DNA of 45,164 bases. Source: a virus. The notes under the pieces are model-generated. The model was given only the letters and a program-made list of their open reading frames with translations. It did no database searches and had not been told where the DNA came from. Shown here piece after piece: positions 39,894 to 45,164 of this stretch. The translations under genes and the position numbers were made by a program. How positions within the stretch are numbered: position 1 is the stretch's first letter; each line of letters opens with the position of its first letter. The stretch is taken from positions 1 through 45,164 of IMG/VR virus record IMGVR_UViG_3300003465_000014, one strand, 5' to 3'.

Positions 39894-42428
39894 TCAGGCG
39901 CCTCCACAGGCGAGGGTGGCTTCCTTGGCCAGCCGGCGAATCTCTAGCATCACGGCGTCAGGCATCGGGCGGTCGCCCAAGAGTTGCTTTCCGCGAATCA
40001 ACCAGACGTCTGGGTCCAACGTCTGCCGAGCCATCTGGCGCAAGCCGCCGAGCGTGCGGCCGGCCTCCGCAGACTCGCGCACGATCGTGGCGAGTGCTTC
40101 GTCCGTCGCTTTCTGCGCGGCGCCCATAGTCCGCATCGCGGCCTCGATCTCGGCCGGCGACAAGTCTCCAGAGTTGATCGCGCGGGCGGCAGACTCGATG
40201 ACGGCCGTGTTCTCCTGAACAACTTCCTTCAACGCCACAATCTGGTAGCCCTTAAGGTTCGTCAGCTTTTCGCGGTCGATCTGGAGCGGGTCAGCGATAA
40301 GCTCCTTGGCGAACTGCTCGCCAAGTTTCCGCTGTTCAAGGAACGAGACGCTGCCTTTCTCCAGTTGGCCAGCCGCGCGCAGTTCGTCCGTCCGCTGTTG
40401 GATACGCGACATGACTTCAGGGCGCTCGCCCCAGGTACGCCAGTTGATGAACGGGCGTGCGGCGCTCACCTTGCGCGCCTGTTTCGCCGCTTGGAGCGCG
40501 GCGTCGGCCTCGGTAAACGTCGCGCCATGCGTGCCGGTCAATGAGACGGTCGTGGCATTCTTCTCGGCGCCAAACCTCCGTTCACCGAACAGCTGCTCTG
40601 CGCGAGCGCGCACGGACTCGGCAACGCTTTCGGGCGCGAGCACCACGAACTCGTCGCCGCCGCGGCGGAACACCCGCTCGCCGACGCCATGTTCCTGTGC
40701 GGCCTGCCGGACCGCCGCCGCCACGTCCTTGATCGCTTGGTCACCAGCCTCTTGCCCGATGCGCTTGTTGATCTGTCCGAAGTTGTCAGCGTCGAATACG
40801 ACAATGCGCGTCCCGGGGTCTGCCGCAGCGGCCGGGAGCGCGCGATCTAGTGCGGCTCGGTTCGCAACGCCCGTAAGTGCATCGGTCTCGGCCGCGCGCT
40901 GCGCGACGTTCCGAGCTTCGCGCTCCTGTTGGATCTGGTCCGTCAACTCCTTGACACGACGCTCCAGGTTCTCGGGGAGGGGAATCGTCTCGGGTTCTGT
41001 GGCTTCGCCCGCGCGCATGGCGAGCGGTCGGCCCTCCTCGATCGCGGCAGCGGTCGCACGGTCGGCAAAGACTGGAGGCGCATCGGCCCCGCGTGCACCG
41101 ACCGCTGCCGCTGATGGAATGCGCGACTCTTGCCCGCCCATCGTGAAGCCTTCTGGGAATCGCTCAGTCGTTCCAGGCTGCGGCGTGTGCGGCGTTTCCG
41201 GCCCCAATTCTTCGTCCAGTATGCGCTTCAACTCACTGAGCACTGGGCTGGATTCGATCGTCTCAGGAGTGACGGGCGCCGGTTCGGCTGGCATCTCACC
41301 CTTGGGCCGACGCCGGATGCCGCGTGCCGCAGTCTCAGCCTGCCGCTCTACCACGTCCGCCGGTCGCTCGATGCCCTCCAGGGGCTTCGTGCGCGCAGCG
41401 GCCTTCCGGTCGAAGGCTTCCCCGAGCCGGGCCGCGAAGTCGGACGTCGCCTGCGCCTCTGGCGTCAGGGGTTCTGGTGGCAGTCGAGCGCCGCGAGGCT
41501 GGGCGGTCCCGGCTTCAATGGCCCCACGCTCTAATTCCTGCGCGAACGCCATGCGTTCCGCAGCCTCACGGGCACCCGTACTTGCGGCAGGCGTTACTGC
41601 CGGTGCTCGGCGAGCAGCACGGAATGGGGCGGAAACGGCCCGTGGCGCCGCTGCGAACCCAGCGCCAAGGGTTGCACCCACAGCAGGATCCTCAGGGCTG
41701 TATGCGGCTCCTACAGCCGCGCCGGCCGCGATTTGGGCGGGCAGCCGAGCAGTGGCCAGTGGCAGGGTGATGACGTTGGCAAGTGTCTGGAGTGCTGCCT
41801 CGGCGCGCTCTCGCGGCTCGACGGGGGCCACGTAGCCGTGGTCGGGAGGTAGCCCTCCAACCTTCGCCCCGTAGAATGTTGGGGGCGTGCTCGCCCGCCG
41901 CTGGGCATCTTCTTCACTGAACGGGGCTGTGAGTCGCGAGTATGACTCGATCGGCGCCGTCACGATGTCCTTCGCCATGCCCTTGAGGGTCGCGCCAGGC
42001 CGCTCCCGCAGTTCGGTCGCGAACCCGCCCAGCGCGTCCGCCAGCCGGCGGAAGTAGCCCGGTCGCTCCGGCTTCGTAACGACCGCGCCGGACTCCAGCA
42101 GCATCGGCGCCCCGCTTTCGAGCATCCGGCGCCGACCCGTGCTGTCTGCCGCCGTGAAGGCGCTCTCGCGCACGGCCTCATACGGCTCGGCCGTCGAAAT
42201 CGGGCGGTCGCCCGCGACTTCGCGCTCCAGCGGCGACGGGGCGCGCGACGGACGGATGGTCGCCAACGCCGAACGGTCAGGGACGCCCGCCGGGAGTTCG
42301 ACGCTTGCCCGCTCATCAGCGGCGAGGTCGGCGAAGGGGTTAGGACGCTGCGCGCGTTCTTGTTCCGCTAGATCGGCGAACGGGTTCCGCCGTTGCCGCT
42401 CAGGCTGTACCGTAATAGGGGCGGTCAT
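39894..42428 (-). CDS. Large ejection-module protein carrying a GGDEF (diguanylate cyclase-type) domain (844 aa)
   Basis: GGDEF-domain motifs at residues ~515-653. N-terminal tandem NPFADLA motifs. Disordered, Ala/Pro-rich N-terminal half and helical C-terminal domain. Confidence 0.75.
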   Translation of the reverse strand: MTAPITVQPERQRRNPFADLAEQERAQRPNPFADLAADERASVELPAGVPDRSALATIRPSRAPSPLEREVAGDRPISTAEPYEAVRESAFTAADSTGRRRMLESGAPMLLESGAVVTKPERPGYFRRLADALGGFATELRERPGATLKGMAKDIVTAPIESYSRLTAPFSEEDAQRRASTPPTFYGAKVGGLPPDHGYVAPVEPRERAEAALQTLANVITLPLATARLPAQIAAGAAVGAAYSPEDPAVGATLGAGFAAAPRAVSAPFRAARRAPAVTPAASTGAREAAERMAFAQELERGAIEAGTAQPRGARLPPEPLTPEAQATSDFAARLGEAFDRKAAARTKPLEGIERPADVVERQAETAARGIRRRPKGEMPAEPAPVTPETIESSPVLSELKRILDEELGPETPHTPQPGTTERFPEGFTMGGQESRIPSAAAVGARGADAPPVFADRATAAAIEEGRPLAMRAGEATEPETIPLPENLERRVKELTDQIQQEREARNVAQRAAETDALTGVANRAALDRALPAAAADPGTRIVVFDADNFGQINKRIGQEAGDQAIKDVAAAVRQAAQEHGVGERVFRRGGDEFVVLAPESVAESVRARAEQLFGERRFGAEKNATTVSLTGTHGATFTEADAALQAAKQARKVSAARPFINWRTWGERPEVMSRIQQRTDELRAAGQLEKGSVSFLEQRKLGEQFAKELIADPLQIDREKLTNLKGYQIVALKEVVQENTAVIESAARAINSGDLSPAEIEAAMRTMGAAQKATDEALATIVRESAEAGRTLGGLRQMARQTLDPDVWLIRGKQLLGDRPMPDAVMLEIRRLAKEATLACGGA
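40470..40886 (-). other. GGDEF domain (GGDEF motif at 40647-40661)
   Basis: DALTGVANRAALDRAL; VVFDADNFGQINKRIGQEAGDQAIKDVA; RVFRRGGDEFVVLAPE; VSLTGTHG...FTEADAALQAAKQARK. Preceded by the coiled coil LERRVKELTDQIQQEREARNVAQRAAE. Confidence 0.8.
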
Positions 42429-42446
42429 CTGTCAAGCGGAGGGCGA

Positions 42447-42713
42447 ATGACGGCACTGCGGCGGTTATTGGTGGGCTTGGCTATCGCTTCTGCAGCGGTG
42501 GCTTTCTGGGCGTTCGTTTGGCCGACTCCTTGGGTATATCGGCAACTCGCTGGCAGTGGGACGCTGGTGCGCGTACATCGCATCACTGACCGCACACAGA
42601 TGCTCGGAGAGACAGGATGGCGTGGTCTGAGGGCGAATCCGTTCAGCGATCTCGTTGTGGAGGAGCAGAAGGCGAACGATTCTGGCCAAGCTGCCGCTCT
42701 ACCTCGGCGATAG
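42447..42713 (+). CDS. Opposite-strand small membrane protein (88 aa), moron candidate
   Basis: GGAGGG 3 nt upstream of ATG 42447. TM segment LLVGLAIASAAVAFWAFVW. Fills the 214-bp gap between two minus-strand genes. Locally lower GC/GC3. Its 3' end overlaps the 444-aa gene by about 70 nt. Confidence 0.45.
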   Translation: MTALRRLLVGLAIASAAVAFWAFVWPTPWVYRQLAGSGTLVRVHRITDRTQMLGETGWRGLRANPFSDLVVEEQKANDSGQAAALPRR

Positions 42714-43977
42714 TCACGGCACTTACCCCAGAAGCGCGCAGTTCGTCGAGTGTGCCCTCACCCTTCTGTATCCGCTCCACAGCGCGCTGGACGATTGTCG
42801 GTGTTTGGCGCCCGCCACCCAACACAGTGTCCACTTCCCGCGTCGCCTGCTCATGTGCCTTGTCGAGCGGCATGCCCGGCTTGGTCAGTCCAGTCCCAGG
42901 GTCGCGGGCCGGTCTGACGAGTTCCTGAACTCTGCGCCAGACGGCGGCTTGCCGGCGATCCTCGTCCCGTTGATCCTCTCGCGCTTCAGGATTGGCGCGC
43001 CGGAAGGGCTTCTTGTCCGGTCCCGTGACTGGATGCGTTGCGCCCGTGCGCGGATTCACGCGGTACAGATAGCCCTGATCGTCGGTTTGGATGGACCATG
43101 ACTCTGACGGCTCACGCGGGAACAGGATGTTGTCCGCAAGCGCTGGGTTCTCGACGGCGGCGCGGGCCTTCTCTGGTGTCATGCCGGCGGCGATATAGGC
43201 CGCGACTTTGCGGTCGCGTTCGCCCGCTTCTTCCTGTTGCCGGAGTTCGGCGGCGAGCTGCGCGCCGGCGACCTGTCGCTCCCATGCACGGGCTTCCTTT
43301 GTGCCCCATGTATCGACGTAGCCCTCGCCTGCAGGACTGTCAGCGTTGACGTAGCGGTCGCGCGGGGACATACGGACCTCACGACCAGGGCCGCGCTGAG
43401 GTGCCGGCCTCGGCGGACCGCCGAACGTTCCGGTCGCTGGATTGAAGGCGCCCGGTGTCGTGTCACTCGTCGGCTCAGTCCGACTCGCGTGGCCAGCCAT
43501 GCCGCCCATGGTATCAGGCCCACCGGCGGTCGGACCTGTAGGCGCCATGCGCGTCGTCGCTGGAGCGCGCCATAGTGGATCTGGGTCGGGTCGCCGCGGC
43601 GACGTGCCGCGGAGGTTCGCCCCGAGGTTCCGCGCGAAAGAGTCCTCAGCGAGCGGTGACACCGGCGGCTGCGGCCGTGCCGCGGGTGGCCGTGTGAGCT
43701 CGCCCGCGAGCGCTGTTCCTGGCGCCCCGATCTCGGGGAAAAAGACCGTCGGCTCTTTGGGCTGCGGGCCAGTGCGGTAGCCGGAGAGCGCCAAGTCGGC
43801 CGCGTCGCGTCGGGCCTGCCGATCGCGGTCCTCCATCGCCATGCGCCGGTCCTCGGCGCGCTCGCGCTCCATGTTGGCTTGCCGGCGTCGATCACGGTAC
43901 ATCTCCAACGCATCAGCCACATACGCCGTAATTGGCGTGCCGTACTCGGGCAACACTTGAGGCGAGTAACGGCTCAT
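42643..43977 (-). CDS. Disordered Pro/Arg-rich internal-virion-like protein (444 aa)
   Basis: Composition and position. ATGA overlap with the upstream gene. Confidence 0.5.
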   Translation of the reverse strand: MSRYSPQVLPEYGTPITAYVADALEMYRDRRRQANMERERAEDRRMAMEDRDRQARRDAADLALSGYRTGPQPKEPTVFFPEIGAPGTALAGELTRPPAARPQPPVSPLAEDSFARNLGANLRGTSPRRPDPDPLWRAPATTRMAPTGPTAGGPDTMGGMAGHASRTEPTSDTTPGAFNPATGTFGGPPRPAPQRGPGREVRMSPRDRYVNADSPAGEGYVDTWGTKEARAWERQVAGAQLAAELRQQEEAGERDRKVAAYIAAGMTPEKARAAVENPALADNILFPREPSESWSIQTDDQGYLYRVNPRTGATHPVTGPDKKPFRRANPEAREDQRDEDRRQAAVWRRVQELVRPARDPGTGLTKPGMPLDKAHEQATREVDTVLGGGRQTPTIVQRAVERIQKGEGTLDELRASGVSAVTIAEVERQLGQNRSPSAPPQRDR

Positions 43978-44522
43978 CGCATACCCCCTGTTCTTGGGGT
44001 TAATGCACCGGCGAGGCGGACGCCGCTCCCGATGAGGTCTGCCTTGTACCGCCGCCGCGCATTCCGCTCGGCGGTCTCGCGGTCCAGTTGGCCAGCCACG
44101 AGGTCCTGATAGTCCTGCGTCCGGTTCAGGCCGTACTGGCCCAAGTACTCGTTCTGTCGCTGGCGCATGCCCGTGGTCTCAAGCGCGGCGCGGTTGATAT
44201 CCGCTAAGTACGAGCGACTCAGTTCATTCGCGATGTAACCGCGGTCCTGGTCGTAGAAGCCCGTGTCCATCCGACCGGAACCCACGGCCCCGTAGGCATT
44301 GTCTCTGAGTGCGTAAGAGAGTTGCTTCCCGAAGTCTGAGAACGCGCCCGCTGAGTACTCCTTGAACGCCGCGCCAGGATCGAAGGCCGCATCCCGCTCA
44401 AGGAATCGGTCCTCGATCTGCGGTGCGATCTGGCCCGCCCGATCCATGGCGCCCGTGTACGCTTGGGACGCGGCCGACGGGCCGGGGCGCGAGCCGCGAA
44501 ACAGCCTACTGAGCCATGACAC
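43974..44522 (-). CDS. Hypothetical virion-module protein (182 aa)
   Basis: ORF in the operon chain. Confidence 0.5.
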   Translation of the reverse strand: MSWLSRLFRGSRPGPSAASQAYTGAMDRAGQIAPQIEDRFLERDAAFDPGAAFKEYSAGAFSDFGKQLSYALRDNAYGAVGSGRMDTGFYDQDRGYIANELSRSYLADINRAALETTGMRQRQNEYLGQYGLNRTQDYQDLVAGQLDRETAERNARRRYKADLIGSGVRLAGALTPRTGGMR

Positions 44523-44529
44523 TGTGTGC

Positions 44530-44715
44530 CTACCCTATGGTGTAGGTGATGAACGCGATATAGACGCCCGAGTAGGCCACGAACTGGATCGGCGGCTCGC
44601 CAACGGCGACCCGTTCGGACCCGGAACTCGAACGCAGGAACGTGTCAATGCTGGTCTTGAGGGTGGCGATGTCCGCCTCCTCAATAATCTCCACGCGGAT
44701 CTGGGAGAGCTTCAC
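44530..44715 (-). CDS. Hypothetical small protein (61 aa)
   Basis: ATGA overlap with the upstream ORF. Confidence 0.45.
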   Translation of the reverse strand: MKLSQIRVEIIEEADIATLKTSIDTFLRSSSGSERVAVGEPPIQFVAYSGVYIAFITYTIG

Positions 44716-45164
44716 TTGTTGCTCCCCGTGGTCATACTCTCCAGGACGACCTCGTACTCGACTTCGACGCCTTCGACGGCGACGTAATCGGCACCGACGC
44801 CGCCTGTGAGTGGCGTGGCGGGCATCGCCGTGACAACGCCTGTTCCGTCGTTCCCCGGCGCGTTGGCCGCCGTCACACGCGCCGCCGCGTCAGCGTTCGC
44901 TGCGATCGCAGCGCTCACCTGTGCGGCCGTGGATGTAATGACGCTGGCACCGTCGGTAGCGAGATTCACCGTGATCGCGTTGTCGGACACGCTGACCGAG
45001 AGTGACGCGCTGGGCGTCCCAGGGTCCACGTAACGGATGGTGATGTCGTTCCCACGCGGCCCTTTCGTGACTGCGGTGAACAGGAGATCGTTGTTCGTGC
45101 CTGTGAGTGCCGTCGTGAGCGTGGCCGCCACGGCTGTGAACTGTGTTTCCACCTTCACCTGGAT
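44712..45164 (-). CDS. C-terminal part of the junction-spanning ORF
   Basis: The track ORF 44712..45158 starts at an internal GTG. The frame stays open to 45164 and continues from 100..447 in the circular molecule. ATGA overlap with the next gene at 44712-44715. Confidence 0.6.
   Translation of the reverse strand: MQVKVETQFTAVAATLTTALTGTNNDLLFTAVTKGPRGNDITIRYVDPGTPSASLSVSVSDNAITVNLATDGASVITSTAAQVSAAIAANADAAARVTAANAPGNDGTGVVTAMPATPLTGGVGADYVAVEGVEVEYEVVLESMTTGSNK
45066..45164. repeat. Terminal direct repeat copy 2 (circular assembly overlap)
   Basis: Identical to bases 1-99. Confidence 0.95.

Larger units (their letters stand above)
1..45164. mobile_element. Complete circularly closed temperate phage genome with podovirus-like module order (unique length 45,065 bp)
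   Basis: Identical 99 bp at both window ends. Integrase/excisionase, CI/Cro-like switch, Erf+YqaJ, replication, terminase, portal-scaffold-capsid, tail, ejection-like and lysis modules are present. No tape-measure, sheath or tube genes recognised. Confidence 0.8.

Noticed and set aside
39894-42428. Interpreting the 844-aa protein as a tape-measure protein
   Set aside because: No tail tube, sheath, or chaperone-frameshift genes are present. The gene order fits podovirus-like ejection proteins better. This remains unverified without structure or homology searches.
1-45164. CRISPR arrays, transposase/IS elements, toxin-antitoxin pairs, rRNA genes
   Set aside because: No spaced direct-repeat array, no transposase-like ORF or terminal inverted repeats, and no obvious TA gene pair were seen. 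The only tandem repeats are coding (Gly/Tyr linker, VTPPASTFAA, TCTGTCTCT).

Overview
The window is a complete, circularly closed, GC-rich temperate phage genome. An identical 99-bp sequence sits at both window ends, giving a unique length of 45,065 bp, and one ORF reads through the junction. Almost every gene is on the minus strand and many are linked by ATGA stop/start overlaps. Only a tRNA-Ser(GGA), a CI-like repressor and one small membrane ORF are on the plus strand.

Gene order in the direction of transcription (descending coordinates):
- CI/Cro-like switch (~36.1 kb)
- Gp37/Gp68 (DUF5131) protein, then Erf plus YqaJ-type exonuclease
- Excisionase-like HTH protein and tyrosine integrase
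- Accessory block: Gly/Tyr-repeat protein, DPPY DNA methyltransferase, DUF4177, NADAR, HNH
- 500-bp non-coding region with six TGTTCACG boxes next to the tRNA
- Vsr-like nuclease and a replication initiator with internal iteron-like repeats
- TerS, lipoprotein, 60-aa ORF and TerL
- LuxR-type regulator
- Spike-base-like protein and a lipobox-bearing fibre with an S74 chaperone domain
- Met-rich protein, portal, scaffold and HK97-like capsid
- Tail and receptor-binding proteins
- Three large ejection-protein-like ORFs
- Amidase/holin lysis cassette

The most interesting signal is a seemingly intact GGDEF (diguanylate-cyclase) domain inside the 844-aa ejection-module protein. Other notable items:
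- two Sec/lipoprotein-signal proteins embedded in late operons
- a protein with 26 Met in 178 aa just upstream of the portal
- a stand-alone NADAR, a candidate counter to DarT defence
- an opposite-strand, lower-GC moron inside the ejection module
- a capsid ORF with an N-terminal hydrophobic extension
- ori-like iterons inside the initiator gene

All functional calls rest on motif recognition by eye. No database search was possible.
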